NCBI GenBank assembly: GCA_963835065.1
Contig: CAWIEK010000068.1
Location: forward strand, 93,986-157,985
Length of the DNA stretch: 64,000 bases
Reading direction: 5' to 3'
Origin: an uncultured Chthonomonadaceae bacterium
Lineage (GTDB): Bacteria > Armatimonadota > Chthonomonadetes > Chthonomonadales > Chthonomonadaceae
How positions within the stretch are numbered: position 1 is the stretch's first letter; each line of letters starts with the position of its first letter. The notes beneath the pieces were generated by a model. The model searched no databases. It was not told where the DNA came from and saw nothing but the letters and a program-made list of their open reading frames with translations. A program made the position numbers and the translations under genes. Shown here piece by piece: positions 19,347-30,937 of this stretch.

Positions 19347-19820
19347 ATGGCTGATCTGGATTTGCGCGCAGTGCTGCGCGCCGGGATTGAACGAACGCAT
19401 GGCCTGCTGGTAAACGACTTGAACGCGGTGGGAGACGACAAACTCACTGCCTGTCCGGGCGGCGTGGCGAGCAATGCCGTACACATCATTGCCGAGTGCG
19501 CGGCGGTGAACGGCACGATAGCGAACTACCTGAAAACGGGGCAGTTTACGCGGCCTACCCCGGAACAGCGCAAAGCCTACTTTGAGGCGCACACGACCAA
19601 AGAAAGCGTTCTCAGCGAGTTGGAGAAGCAGACGCAGGCGCTTTTATCCGCCATAGACGGCCTGGACGTATCCACGCTGACGGAGATGGTTCCCGATACG
19701 CCGCTTGGCCCAATGCCTCGCTTCGGCGTCGCGCAGATTCCCGCCATGCACATGATGTACCACGACGGCCAGTTGAACTACATCCACATGCTGCACGGCG
19801 ACGATCAGATGCACTGGTAG
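19347..19820 (+). CDS. DinB family protein
   Basis: AGGAG RBS; 'VHII' and 'MHMMYHDGQLNYI' His motifs. Confidence 0.8.
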   Translation: MADLDLRAVLRAGIERTHGLLVNDLNAVGDDKLTACPGGVASNAVHIIAECAAVNGTIANYLKTGQFTRPTPEQRKAYFEAHTTKESVLSELEKQTQALLSAIDGLDVSTLTEMVPDTPLGPMPRFGVAQIPAMHMMYHDGQLNYIHMLHGDDQMHW

Positions 19821-19989
19821 GCGGTGTTCAGGTGTTCGGTGTTCAGGTGTTCGGTATTTCGGCGGAAGTCTTTCCTGTTTTATGCGGGAAGGACTTCCGC
19901 CGGGTTGTTTCAAGGCATAGAATAAACTATCGGCAGAGCGTAAGGCGCGGTATTGCGGAATGAGACACTCAACGCTTAATGCTCAACGC

Positions 19990-21222
19990 TCAACGCTCAA
20001 CTGGCAGCGCATACGGGGCGCGATACTGCGGCGTAAGCATGGCGTTGGCTTCCGGGTCGCCGGTCACTTCCCACTTTGCTGCGTCCCAATGCAGTTTGCG
20101 ATCCAGTTTCAGGGCGAGATGCGCGAGGTTCAGGGCGGCATGCATCGGCAGATGGCTGGCGAAACTGCACGAACACTCCTGCCGCGATTTCACGCTGTCA
20201 ATGAATTCGCGCTGATGTCCCGGCGAGCGGGGAACGGATTGCGGGTACGTCGCGCCTTCCACCAGTTTGCCCTTTTTGTCCAGCACCTGGCACAAGCCGT
20301 AGTTGGCAAGCAGCGTACCCTCTTTGCCGTGAAACACGATGCCCAATTTGCGCCCCGGCCCCGGCTCTCCCACGCCGAAGTGAAAACTGCTTTGCTGCAT
20401 CATTTCCCACGTCATCAGCAGATGCGGCCATTCCCACGTCACTTGCAGCGTATCGGGCACGTCGGCAAGGCTGTCTGTCGCGTACCGCCCGCCCGATGCT
20501 ACAATTCCGGTCGGGCAATTTAGTTCGAGCGCCCAAAACGGCAGTTCCACGATGTGCGGGCCGAGTTCGTGCAGCCAGCTATCCACGTAATCTTTGAAGT
20601 AGCGGTGCATCCCGTCGCGGAAGCGGCCCAAGTTGTATTCTTTGTGGGGCGCGGGGCCGAGCCAACCATCCCAATCCAGACCGGGCGGCGCGGTTTCATC
20701 CGGCGGCGTTCCCAGGCCTTCCGAAGCATCGTTCATCGTACAAAAGTTGCTGACGCGGGTAATGGTTCCCAAAGCGCCCGAACGGACAACATCCACGCAC
20801 CTGTGGTAGTTTTCCGTAGCGTGTATCTGCGTACCGACCTGCGTAATCCGATTGTAGCGGGCCGCGTAATCGGCCATCAAGCGCGTTTCGTTGGGATAGC
20901 GGCTCATGGGCTTTTCGCAGTACACATCCTTGCCCGCCTGGAGCGCGTCCAGACTCATCAGGGCGTGCCAGTGCGGGGGCGTGGAAATCACTACTGCGTC
21001 AAGGCTCGGGTCGGCCAGCAGGTCATGGTAATCGTGGTACGCTTTGGCCCTGCCGTTCGTATGGGCAACCGCCCGATCCAGATAAGGCTGGTATACGTCG
21101 CACACGGCCCCGATTTCCACATCCGGCATTTCGCCGAAGCCCAAAATGTGCGCTTCGTAGCCCCGTCCCGCCACGCCGATAAATCCCAGAACCACTTTGT
21201 CCGTGCCGCCTGCGCCTGTCAT
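19990..21222 (-). CDS. Gfo/Idh/MocA family oxidoreductase
   Basis: GFIGVAGRG, STPPHWH, VYCEKP, WDGWLGPAP. Confidence 0.92.
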   Translation of the reverse strand: MTGAGGTDKVVLGFIGVAGRGYEAHILGFGEMPDVEIGAVCDVYQPYLDRAVAHTNGRAKAYHDYHDLLADPSLDAVVISTPPHWHALMSLDALQAGKDVYCEKPMSRYPNETRLMADYAARYNRITQVGTQIHATENYHRCVDVVRSGALGTITRVSNFCTMNDASEGLGTPPDETAPPGLDWDGWLGPAPHKEYNLGRFRDGMHRYFKDYVDSWLHELGPHIVELPFWALELNCPTGIVASGGRYATDSLADVPDTLQVTWEWPHLLMTWEMMQQSSFHFGVGEPGPGRKLGIVFHGKEGTLLANYGLCQVLDKKGKLVEGATYPQSVPRSPGHQREFIDSVKSRQECSCSFASHLPMHAALNLAHLALKLDRKLHWDAAKWEVTGDPEANAMLTPQYRAPYALPVER

Positions 21223-21261
21223 TGGTTTTGCCCCTTTGCTTTTGACTATGTTAAACTAAAA

Positions 21262-21302
21262 ACGCCGCATCCATCATGCCTTGATGAATGCGGCGAATTT
21301 TT
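21262..21302. terminator. Intrinsic terminator-like hairpin
   Basis: CGCCGCATCCATCA..TGATGAATGCGGCG with A/T runs on both sides. Confidence 0.55.
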
Positions 21303-21376
21303 CTGACTGCATGACGGAACCGGAACAAAATGCTTGTGTCCGATGCCCGTCCCTCTCCACTCTCGCGCTTTCCTGC

Positions 21377-22141
21377 CTACACGCGGTTTTTCGCTGTTGC
21401 GCGCAGGTAGCTCCATAGGGACACGCCCAGGATGGCAACAGACATCAGCGCCCAAATCAGCGCCCAAAACGGCGCGGGCAGGAAATACATCTGCGCCATA
21501 AACCCGGCGTCGTTGTCCAGTTTGGGCATGCTGGTCGTGATGAACAGCAGGGTGCGCAGGTCATACAGCGCATTGAGGCTGCATTGGACGGCGAGAAAAG
21601 CCGCGAAGAACTCCGCCAATCGCGGGGTGGAAAAACGCGCCATCGCGCCCAGCATCGCGGCGATCACCAGTCCCATAATGAACGTGAACGGATCGCGGGC
21701 AAACAGCAGGGTTATGGCAAGCATGGAACCCGTCGCGGCAATCAGCGTTGTGCGCCCCGCGTTCTTCCAACTGCGCAAACGTCCCACCTGCAGCAGCAGC
21801 GCCCCGAAGATGGACGTGCCCACATACCCGGCGGAATACACAAGAAACATGCCCCATGCGGGCGCGTGTCCCGGCGTGACGCCGCTCGTATCCTGGTGAA
21901 CCTGAATGTACGATACGTCACCGCCCGTCAGCAGGAACGCGAGGGCGTGGCTGCTCTCATGCACGAACGTAACGAACAGGCGCAGGGGATACAGCAGATA
22001 CTGGCTGCCCGGCACGAAATTCAGTACAAACGTCAGCAGCGTGGCGAACAACAGCAAACGCCGCGTATCTTTTTGCGCGGGCGAAACGTTCCCCGCGCGG
22101 AAACGCTCAGATAGGTTATGGGTCGGTAAATTGGCGCTCAT
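21377..22141 (-). CDS. M50B-like membrane metallopeptidase
   Basis: TFVHESSH (HExxH), SAGYVG, NDA motif; multiple TMs. Confidence 0.88.
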   Translation of the reverse strand: MSANLPTHNLSERFRAGNVSPAQKDTRRLLLFATLLTFVLNFVPGSQYLLYPLRLFVTFVHESSHALAFLLTGGDVSYIQVHQDTSGVTPGHAPAWGMFLVYSAGYVGTSIFGALLLQVGRLRSWKNAGRTTLIAATGSMLAITLLFARDPFTFIMGLVIAAMLGAMARFSTPRLAEFFAAFLAVQCSLNALYDLRTLLFITTSMPKLDNDAGFMAQMYFLPAPFWALIWALMSVAILGVSLWSYLRATAKNRV

Positions 22142-22220
22142 GGTGTCCTTCCTGTTCGGTCACAGGCTGAAAAAACTCGCTCCGTAACACGTTCTTATCG
22201 GCTGCGCAAGGGCAGTGTCC

Positions 22221-22964
22221 TTACGCTTTTATTTCAAATTCTCTTATTCTATTGTACCAGACGCAGGCGAACAAGAATAGTTTCTTTTTCGGCGTTCTCA
22301 CTTTCTCCTGTACGAGTTTCAGGCGGTGAATGATTTCATCCATTGTCGGCTTCAACAGGGAATAATTGCGCGCATTTACTCGCATTCGCACAGTTATCAT
22401 CAGACTGCTATGGCTTACCGAATCATAATGGTTCAGCATCACATAGCGTTCATCTCCATCTCCCCACGAATTGCCCTTGTAAGATGATGCCTCTAAATCA
22501 TAGCCTGTCATATCCGACTGCGCGATGGGGGTTAATGTCACGTTTCTATAGATGCGGCGGCGATCAGCGGCAAGAAGTTGCATCACCGCTTCTAATTCCC
22601 TGTGCCCGCTGTCTCTATTCGGCGCAGTCCTCTCATTGAAGCTGATAGCTATCTCTTCAAATCGCCACAACGTGACATTCATCTTGAGAACATGCTCGCC
22701 CCACCATCGAAACAAACCTGTTGGCCTGGGAGGAGAGACGATTAACACAGCAGCGTCGTCAGATAGATGAGATTGGAATTGCGCAGGCATCTGAACGACA
22801 AGCGCGGTTCCACCAATCTTTTGAGGTAGGTACACAGTTCGCAACGCCTGGCGCATGGAAGCGGCAATGCCAAGCCCCATCAGCGCCAGCAGGAGCAGGG
22901 CGGCGCTTATCTTCCACCCGGCGCGGCGTCTTCTTTTGTGTTCGGTTGCCATAGGTTCCGTCAT
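22221..22964 (-). CDS. Hypothetical membrane-anchored protein
   Basis: Basic N-terminus plus TM; lower-GC body. Confidence 0.6.
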   Translation of the reverse strand: MTEPMATEHKRRRRAGWKISAALLLLALMGLGIAASMRQALRTVYLPQKIGGTALVVQMPAQFQSHLSDDAAVLIVSPPRPTGLFRWWGEHVLKMNVTLWRFEEIAISFNERTAPNRDSGHRELEAVMQLLAADRRRIYRNVTLTPIAQSDMTGYDLEASSYKGNSWGDGDERYVMLNHYDSVSHSSLMITVRMRVNARNYSLLKPTMDEIIHRLKLVQEKVRTPKKKLFLFACVWYNRIREFEIKA

Positions 22965-23056
22965 TTCGATTTTCCAGAAGGTATACTACATTTACGCTAG
23001 ACTTACATTACGCGAAACGTTCGCTTTTTCCTTTCTCCTTTTCCCTTTTTCCTCCT

Positions 23057-24133
23057 ATGGACATGCTTACCTGGGCGCTGCTGTTTGATTTAGGGTTGCT
23101 GGCGGGCGTGGTCGGGCCGATGCAGTATGGCTCGCATCTGGTGCGGGCGGGACGCTATCAGCAAGCCTTGCCGATTTTGCGGGCGTATTACGCCGCAAGC
23201 CGCGCGCTGCCACGCTGGCGCGGGCCGCTGGCGGGGTTTTTGTGCGCCTGTTATGTGGGTATGGGCGAGTTCGGATTGGCGCGTCCGTTTGCCGAAGAAG
23301 CCGTGCGCGAAAACGAGAAACGGGGCTTTGCGCAGCATCTTGCCGCCGCCCGCGCGAACTTGGGCGTGATTTTGATACGGCAGGGCGAGTTTGCGGAGGC
23401 CACCCTGCTGCTCGACCAGACGCTGTCCAAGCCCATTCACGACCGTTTGCGCCCGACTGTGGAACTGTACGCCGCCAACGCTTATATCAATCTTGACCGC
23501 CTGGCGGAAGCGGAAAAATTGCTGGAACCTGCCTTGAAAACGGCGAAGCCAGATTCAGACATTTCCATTGTCGCGCTTACCAATCTGTGTTTGTGCCGCA
23601 TCTATCAGAACCGCCCCGAAGAAGCCCTTGAATTGGCGCAGCGAGCCGCCAAACCCAAAGCGTCCTCCCTGCCGATTCGATTTACGGTGCAAACGCTGCT
23701 GCTGCTTGCGCTCGTGGAAACCGACCGTCTGGCGGAAGCGCAGGAGGTTGCCACGCAGCTTGCTCCGCAATTAAACGCCATGGACCCGTTCCGGCGCAGT
23801 TCGGCCCTGCGGACGCTGGCGGAGTTGGCCGTGAAACAGGGCGAGTTGGATCGCGCCCGCGATTACGCGCAGCGTTCCGCCACGCTCGGCCTCAATCCCA
23901 ACGCCCACGCCAACATGCTGCTCATCCAGGCCGAAGTGTTCGCCGCCCGCCACAACACGCACCGCGCCGTAACTCTGTGCCAGGATATTCTCGACACGGA
24001 AGCTGTTTCCTTCTATCGCCAGCGCGCGCAGCAATTGATAGACCGCCTGCAAACGCCCAACACGCTCGCCAATTCGCCCGCCAACTTGTATGTGACGGAG
24101 GAGGAAGAGCAGGAGGTTATAGTTGAGGGTTGA
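23057..24133 (+). CDS. Tetratricopeptide repeat protein
   Basis: TPR-like helices such as 'NLGVILIRQGEFAEA' and 'LAELAVKQGELDRA'. Confidence 0.8.
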   Translation: MDMLTWALLFDLGLLAGVVGPMQYGSHLVRAGRYQQALPILRAYYAASRALPRWRGPLAGFLCACYVGMGEFGLARPFAEEAVRENEKRGFAQHLAAARANLGVILIRQGEFAEATLLLDQTLSKPIHDRLRPTVELYAANAYINLDRLAEAEKLLEPALKTAKPDSDISIVALTNLCLCRIYQNRPEEALELAQRAAKPKASSLPIRFTVQTLLLLALVETDRLAEAQEVATQLAPQLNAMDPFRRSSALRTLAELAVKQGELDRARDYAQRSATLGLNPNAHANMLLIQAEVFAARHNTHRAVTLCQDILDTEAVSFYRQRAQQLIDRLQTPNTLANSPANLYVTEEEEQEVIVEG

Positions 24134-24142
24134 GGAGTAAGA

Positions 24143-24218
24143 AAATGATGAACGATGAATGATGAGTGATGAATCCAACTCCCATTCATCACTCATCATT
24201 CATCGTTCATCACTCATT
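24143..24218. repeat. Inverted pair of heptamer arrays (AATGATG)n / (ATTCATC)n
   Basis: Between convergent genes; overlaps the 3' end of the RseB-like gene. Confidence 0.8.
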
Positions 24219-25252
24219 TCGCTGCTGACAAAGGCTTGCAGCGCTTTTGGGCCGAGATGTGAAACGGCGGTACAACGGTATTTGCCCTGCGTCCAGACAA
24301 TTGCGTCCAGATGCCCGTCCAGATTCTCGAACGCCGTTTTGCCGTTGAGGGTGACGTTATGCCAGCCGGGGGCATTGGCGAGGGCGGGCGTATCCCCGTT
24401 CTGAACGAAAACAGACACTGTTTCAATGCCGTCGCTGTACAGCAGGTGCGCCGTTTTCGCGGCCTCGATGGAACTGGAAGCGACTTGCGTAAGCCGAAAG
24501 CCGAGCGCGCCCTCTGTTTGCAGGCCCAATCCGCGTACCGACGCCCCGGCATTGCGCGTGGACAACACTGTTGCCGGCGCATGGGACGTAACGGGAGCCG
24601 CGACGCGCCGTAATCCGGGACTCGCAGGCGGCGCGAAGTCGGACAGACTGACCTGCGCGGGAAGCGCAACGACGGCATACGCGACCATGCGCGCCAGAAT
24701 ACCGTCGGGGTAGTGCGTTTCAATGCGTAGCGTCTTGAAGGTTGCCCGGTCTATCCAGCGTTTTTGGCTGCTTTTCCCCTCCTGACGCGGCAAGAGTTCC
24801 AGCAGATAGGCGCGTCGTCCCTCAATTTTCTCTTCATCGGACACAAGCGCGATACGATAATTTTGCGTCAGCAAGTCTTCCGTGTCGCGCTCGTTCTGCT
24901 CGCTTTCGGGGATCAAATCGGTTGTGGCAAGCAGGTTCCGGCGCGGCTCGGCCTGCCATTGCGTACTGCCATCCGAATACACAACTCTGCCGCGCGTATC
25001 GGCGGGAAAGGTGTACTCCATGCGGTAGCGTCCCTGCGCCCCCTGCGTCACATGCGCCCGCGTTTCAAAGGTTTGTCCGTGCCGTCGCCAGGTCATGGTC
25101 AAGTCGGCGCGCATGGGCACGTCCGCTCCCTGCGTAATGGAAGCGTGAAAAATTCCGCGCGGGCTATGCTGCCGCGCCACGATTGCGCCACGCCATACAG
25201 CCAGAACGCCGCCTGTCAAAACCACGCCTAAAATATAAGGCCAAATCTTCAT
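24200..25252 (-). CDS. MucB/RseB-like periplasmic protein
   Basis: LolA-like 'KRWIDRATFKTLR' and C-terminal 'HLLYSDGIETVSVF'; follows the anti-sigma gene. Confidence 0.82.
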   Translation of the reverse strand: MKIWPYILGVVLTGGVLAVWRGAIVARQHSPRGIFHASITQGADVPMRADLTMTWRRHGQTFETRAHVTQGAQGRYRMEYTFPADTRGRVVYSDGSTQWQAEPRRNLLATTDLIPESEQNERDTEDLLTQNYRIALVSDEEKIEGRRAYLLELLPRQEGKSSQKRWIDRATFKTLRIETHYPDGILARMVAYAVVALPAQVSLSDFAPPASPGLRRVAAPVTSHAPATVLSTRNAGASVRGLGLQTEGALGFRLTQVASSSIEAAKTAHLLYSDGIETVSVFVQNGDTPALANAPGWHNVTLNGKTAFENLDGHLDAIVWTQGKYRCTAVSHLGPKALQAFVSSEMSDER

Positions 25253-25290
25253 ACTTTTGATTCTATTGATCCTATGTTTTAACGTCAGCG

Positions 25291-25854
25291 TCAGCGTTGT
25301 GGCGTTGGGGATAAACGAGAATTCACATCCGCCAGTGTTTCGCGCTGCAATTCCACGCTGCCGTTTTGGATAGTGAAACTTTGCACCGCGTGGGCTGAAG
25401 TCATCTGATCCAGCGCGTCCGCTGTGGGCAGGTTCGGCGCGCAGGAAGCCGTTGCCGGCAGGATGGGACTGTCAGACAGCGCAGCAGAGTCATGGATCGG
25501 ATGGATGCGCGGCAGCATGTAAACGCATAATAGCCCCGCCGCCATCATTGCCGCTCCCAATGGAAGCGCGCGCCGCATGGGAAAAACGACTCGCGGTTTG
25601 GGGGTTATGGCAGGCGCGGGGGCAGGCGAAGCGACAGTCTGCCGGAAACGCGCCATCACGCGCTTTTGCGCGGCGTCGCCGTCCACAACCGGGGCATGGC
25701 GAATCAACTCCTGTGTGGCTTTCAAAGCGCGGTACTCACCCCGGCACTCCCCGCAGTCCAGAAGATGCGCGTTAAGTTCCTGCGCGTGTTCCGCCCCCAG
25801 CGTTCCATCCAAAAAGTCGTTCAGATGCGCGCGAACGCGCTTACATGTGTCCAT
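25291..25854 (-). CDS. zf-HC2 anti-sigma factor
   Basis: C...HLLDCGEC (HxxxCxxC) plus one TM. Confidence 0.88.
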   Translation of the reverse strand: MDTCKRVRAHLNDFLDGTLGAEHAQELNAHLLDCGECRGEYRALKATQELIRHAPVVDGDAAQKRVMARFRQTVASPAPAPAITPKPRVVFPMRRALPLGAAMMAAGLLCVYMLPRIHPIHDSAALSDSPILPATASCAPNLPTADALDQMTSAHAVQSFTIQNGSVELQRETLADVNSRLSPTPQR

Positions 25855-25896
25855 GTTTTGCTTCCTTACCCATGCGCCCCATCAAACGAATACGCC

Positions 25897-26535
25897 TCAC
25901 CAACGCTCTTCCACGTAAGCGGCCAGCGCCTGGCGCAAATTCGCCCGCGCTCGGTGCAGGCGCGAACGCACCGTACCCACAGGAATTTGCAGGATGCGGC
26001 TGACATCGGCATAATCCATTTGCTCCATATCCACCAGCACGACCACAGCCCGGTACTCTTCGGACAATGCGGCCAACGCCTGCTGCACCGGTTCAGACAG
26101 CATTGGGCCAACGATAATCGCTTCCGGGTTTGCGGCTCCATCCGCTAAGGCTTCCTCACCGCCTGACGGCCTTTCCATCATAGCGTCCAGACTCTCGGTT
26201 TTGCGGCGGGCGGCGCGGCGCGTCATGTCAATGCGCGTCGTGGTCATCACGCGGTACATCCAGCGCACAAAGACCGTATCGCCGCGAAACTGCGCGAAAC
26301 TGCGGAATCCTTCCAGCAGAGTTTCGCTCAACAGGTCTTCCGCTTCCTCCGCGTTGCCCGTCGTGTGGTAGGCGTAGCGCCAGAGCGCGTCCCAGCAGCC
26401 CTCAATCAGCGCCTCGAAGGTGGCCTGCTCGTTGCCGGTTTCGGGAACGCTGCGCTTACGTGAAAATAGCTTCAGCCTCATCGGGGACTCGACAAATGCG
26501 GTTTTGGCGGCCTGTAAGATATTTTCCACAGCCAT
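25897..26535 (-). CDS. ECF RNA polymerase sigma factor
   Basis: EAEDLLSE (region 2), 'QIPVGTVRSRLHRAR' (region 4); start codon uncertain. Confidence 0.92.
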   Translation of the reverse strand: MAVENILQAAKTAFVESPMRLKLFSRKRSVPETGNEQATFEALIEGCWDALWRYAYHTTGNAEEAEDLLSETLLEGFRSFAQFRGDTVFVRWMYRVMTTTRIDMTRRAARRKTESLDAMMERPSGGEEALADGAANPEAIIVGPMLSEPVQQALAALSEEYRAVVVLVDMEQMDYADVSRILQIPVGTVRSRLHRARANLRQALAAYVEERW

Positions 26536-26782
26536 GACGGACGATACTTTCCGAAGCAAACGGCTACAGTCCCGGTTTGTAACGTTTTAATGCCACAGGG
26601 CTGTAGGAAGAAGTTTGTTGCGTTGTGTTTGTATTGGCGTACCGGCAGGCGTGAAAAGTTCCCGCGCAATAAAGTTTTTGGCGGATGCAATGTTGACAGG
26701 AGAAGCCCGCTCCACTTATCAGTGCTTCCAGCGGACGACAAAACGCGCCGCCCAGAAATGTTCTGCGGCGGCGCAGGTTCGA

Positions 26783-27211
26783 TTAAACAGACCAGTCCTC
26801 AAACTTAAGGCCGGGAACGCGGGAAAAGTCCCGGACATTTCGCGTAAGAACAGTAGCATCGTTGGCAAGGGCAATGGCGGCGATTTTGAGGTTTTGCGAA
26901 CCAATGCGAATACGCTGACTTTTAAGGGTGTCGAAGCAGGTCGCCGCGCGTTCATCGAAGGGAAGTACTGTCAGGGCGCAGTAAATCGTGAGCGTGGTGG
27001 CGAGCGAGTTGTAGGGAATAAGGAACTGCGCTCCCGTCTGCATCCGGGCAATTTCCGCCATCCAGCCGCGCATCTGCTCCTCATAAACGACAACGCAAGT
27101 CACGATCTCCGCATCAGGAACGGCGGCAAGGCGCATCTCTAACGGCAGGGCATTCGCGCCGCCGCGCCGTAACAGGCTTATATGGGCGGTGTCGAGAAGG
27201 TAGAGCTTCAT
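26783..27211 (-). CDS. vapC: VapC family PIN toxin
   Basis: YLLDT, YEE, LPFD, KIAAIA, LTRNVRDF..VPGL.FEDW. Confidence 0.9.
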   Translation of the reverse strand: MKLYLLDTAHISLLRRGGANALPLEMRLAAVPDAEIVTCVVVYEEQMRGWMAEIARMQTGAQFLIPYNSLATTLTIYCALTVLPFDERAATCFDTLKSQRIRIGSQNLKIAAIALANDATVLTRNVRDFSRVPGLKFEDWSV

Positions 27212-27424
27212 CTATTCGTCTTCCGTATCAGCGGGGCGGTCAGCATTGCGCCACTCCTTCCCAAGCCGAACGGCCTCCTCAAAATGAGGATTATTGGCAT
27301 CAATTCCGACAAACCAACGCCAACCACGCTTCGGGGAGGTTGGCTGTTGCGCCAACTGCGCTTGAACGGCCTGAACCGTACTTTCCAGTTTCTGAACGCG
27401 CTCTTCTAACGTTTCGGCTGCCAT
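27212..27424 (-). CDS. Putative antitoxin
   Basis: 70 aa; stop abuts the vapC ATG; homologous to 38774..39034. Confidence 0.8.
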   Translation of the reverse strand: MAAETLEERVQKLESTVQAVQAQLAQQPTSPKRGWRWFVGIDANNPHFEEAVRLGKEWRNADRPADTEDE

Positions 27425-27644
27425 GTGTGCCTTATTCCTCTCCTGTATTTGCTTTATTATACACCGGAACACCCCTTCGCCGTCCAACCCAAATGCAAGG
27501 CGTTTCCGCTTTTCGTGTCCTTTCGCGGATAAATTTTTCTCGCCTGGAACTTTTCACCGACGAAGAATCGCCCTTACTTGCGGCGGGCATCTTTCACTTG
27601 CCGCTCCTTTGTTGACAACGTATGCTACTCATACTAAAACACCT

Positions 27645-30600
27645 ATGTCTATTGTTGAAACGGCTTTGCGCCGGCCCTACACCTTTCTTGTGATGGCTGT
27701 GCTGATCGTGATTATCGGCGCGGTCAGCGTCCAGAGTACGCCTACGGATGTTTTTCCGAACATTGACATTCCCGTCGCCAGCGTGATCTGGGCGTACAGC
27801 GGCGCATCTCCTAACGACATGGAAAAGCGCATCGTGACCATTGCCGAACGCTCGTATACCACGAGCGTCAACGACATTGAACACATCGAGTCGCAGTCCA
27901 TGCCGGGCGTGAGCGTTATCAAGCTGTTTTTCCAGCCGGGCGCGAAAGTGGAAGCGGCTGTCGCGCAGTTGACGGCCACCAGCCAAACCCTGCTCAAAAC
28001 CCTGCCGCCGGGTATCACGCCGCCCCTGATTATTCAGTACAGCGCGTCCAGCGTCCCGATTTTGCAGCTTGGCGTCAGCAGCAAAACCATGTCGGAGTCG
28101 CAGATTTACGACTACGCGCAGAACTTCGTCCGTACGCAGCTTGCCACCGTGCGCGGCGCGTCCACGCCCTCGCCATACGGGGGCAAGCCGCGCCAGATCA
28201 TGGTGGATTTGGACCCACAGGCGCTGCAAGCGAAGGGACTGACGGCCTACGATGTGAGCGCGGCGGTCAGCGCGCAAAACCTGATTTTGCCTTCCGGCAC
28301 GGCCAAAATGGGAGACCGCGAATACACCGTCAGCCTCAACAGCAGTCCCGATGCCATCAACCTGCTCAACGCCCTGCCTATCAAGCAGGTGAACGGGGCT
28401 ATGGTGTATGTGCGGGACGTGGCGCAGGTGCATGACGGGTTCGCGGTACAGACCAACATCGTCAACATTGATGGCAGGCGTTCGGTTCTTGCTCACCATC
28501 CTGAAAAGCGGCAATGCCAGTACGCTTAATGTCGTGGACGGCGTCCGGCAGGTGCTTCCCAAGATCAAGTCTACCCTGCCGCCCGGCCTGAGCGTGGACA
28601 TTCTTTCCGATCAGTCGTTTTTCGTGCGCGCGTCCGTCAACGGCGTTGTCCGGGAAGGCGTGATCGCCGCCGCCCTGACCGCCCTGATGATTCTGCTGTT
28701 TCTGGGCAGTTGGCGCAGTACGCTGATTGTCGCCACGTCCATACCGCTTGCCATTTTGTGTTCGATAGTAATTTTGGGCGCGACGGGACAAACGATGAAC
28801 GTGATGACGCTTGGCGGGCTTGCCCTTGCCGTCGGCATCCTCGTGGACAACGCCATTGTCGCCATCGAAAACATCTACCGCAATCTTGGGTTGGGCAAGA
28901 CCCTGTTCCACGCCATTGTGGAAGGCGCGCAGCAGATCGCCGCGCCCTCCCTTGTCGCCACGCTTGCCATCTGCATCGTGTTCGTGCCCATTCTGTTCCT
29001 CAGCGGCGCGGCAGGTTCCCTGTTCAAGCCCTTGGCACTGGCCGTCGTGTACGCCATGATCGCCTCGTTCGTCCTGTCGCGCACCTACATTCCCGTAATG
29101 TGCAACCTGCTGCTGGGCAAGGAAGTACACCTCCACGCGCATGGACACGAGAACACAGAGGGGGAAAGAGGAGAGGGGGAGAAGAGGAGAAGCCGAATAC
29201 CGAATACCGAATACCGCACACAGCGAACCCATCACGCCTAAAGGCGATATTATCTGGCGCGTCCATCAGGTTTTTAATCGGTTTTTTGATGTGTTTTTGG
29301 GGTGGTATCGCAAGCGGCTGAATGGCGCTCTGAAACATCGGGGCGGGGTTCTGGCGTTGTATGCGCTGCTGTTTGTCGGGTCGGCCTGCCTGCTGCCGTT
29401 TATCGGGCAGGACTTTTTCCCGTCCGTAGATGCCGGACAGTTCCGGCTGCATGTGCGCGCGCCGGCGGGAACGCGCATTGAGGAAACCGAGCGCCTGTTT
29501 TCCGAAGTGGAAAGCGCGATCCGCAAAACCATTCCCGCCGATCAACTGGATTTGACATTGGACAACATCGGCCTGCCGGTGGGCGGCGTCAATTTCGCGT
29601 ACAGCACGACGGGAAGCATCGGCCCTTCGGACGGCGAGATTCTGATTACCTTAAAAGAAGGCAGGCACGGGCCGACGGCAGATATTATCGAGGAACTGCG
29701 CCGCAAATTGCCGCGCCAGTTCCCGGAACTGACGTTTTTCTTCCAGCCCGCCGACATTACCAGCCAGATTTTGAACTTCGGCCTGCCCGCGCCCATTGAC
29801 ATTCAGATAACGGGGCGCGATCCGGGCAACTTCGCGCTGGCTCAGGAAATCGCTTCGCGCGTCCGGCGTATTCCCGGCGCGGCGGATGTGCATATTCATC
29901 AGGTGGTGGACATGCCGGAACTGCGCGTGAACGTCAACCGGGAACGGGCGGAAGCCTTCGGCATGACGCAGCGCGATGTTGCCAACAACCTGCTGATTTC
30001 CCTCGCGTCGAGCGGGCAGGCGTTCCCCAACTACTGGCTCGATCCCAAAAACGGCGTCAGCTATCTCGTCGCCGTGCAGACGCCGCAGTACCGGCTCAAC
30101 AGCGTGGACACGCTGCAAAGCACATCGGTTACGGCAGGCGGCGGGCGAACGCCGCAACTGTTGAGCAATCTGGCAACCCTGCAGCGGCGCAAAGCCAGCG
30201 CAGTCATCAACCATTACAATGTGCAGCCGACTTACGACATTTACGCCAACGTGCAGGATCGGGATCTGGGCGGCGTGTCCCGTGACATCAACGCCGTTTT
30301 GAAGCAGGTACAGCCGCATTTGCCCAAAGGCACGGCGCTTGTCGTGCGCGGGCAGGTGGAAAGCATGACAAACTCGTTCGTCGGGCTTGGCATGGGGCTG
30401 CTGTTCTCCATTATTTTCATCTACCTGCTGATGGTGGTCAATTATCAGTCGCTTGTAGATCCGCTGATTATCATTACCGCTCTGCCCGGCGCGCTGTGCG
30501 GCATTGTGTGGATGCTGTTCATTACGCATACGGTTTTCAGCGTTCCCGCGCTGATGGGCGCGATTATGTGTATCGGTGTTTCCACCGCCAACAGCATTCT

Positions 30601-30907
30601 CGTGGTGACATTTGCCAATGACCGTCAATTGGAAGGCGATACCGCGCTGACGGCGGCGATGGCGGCAGGCTGTACGCGCCTGCGCCCCGTCCTGATGACC
30701 GCGCTGGCGATGATTTTGGGCATGATGCCGATGGCGCTGGGATTGGGCGAAGGCGGCGAACAAAATGCGCCGCTTGGACGCGCGGTAATCGGCGGCCTGA
30801 TTCTGGCAACCATTTCCACGCTGCTGTTCGTGCCGGTAATTTACAGCATTTTGCGACGCAAGCCTCCCTTTACGGGGATGGAGCCTGCCGCAACGCCAGC
30901 GGCCTAG
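27645..30907 (+). CDS. RND efflux permease (AcrB/CzcA superfamily), frameshifts near 28485 and 29160-29230
   Basis: TDVFPNIDIP, LGGLALAVGILVDNAIV, FFPSVDAG, RLRPVLMT, PLGRAVIGG spread over three ORFs. Confidence 0.9.
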
Positions 30908-30937
30908 TTTGTACAGATTGCGATTATAGGAAAAAAG

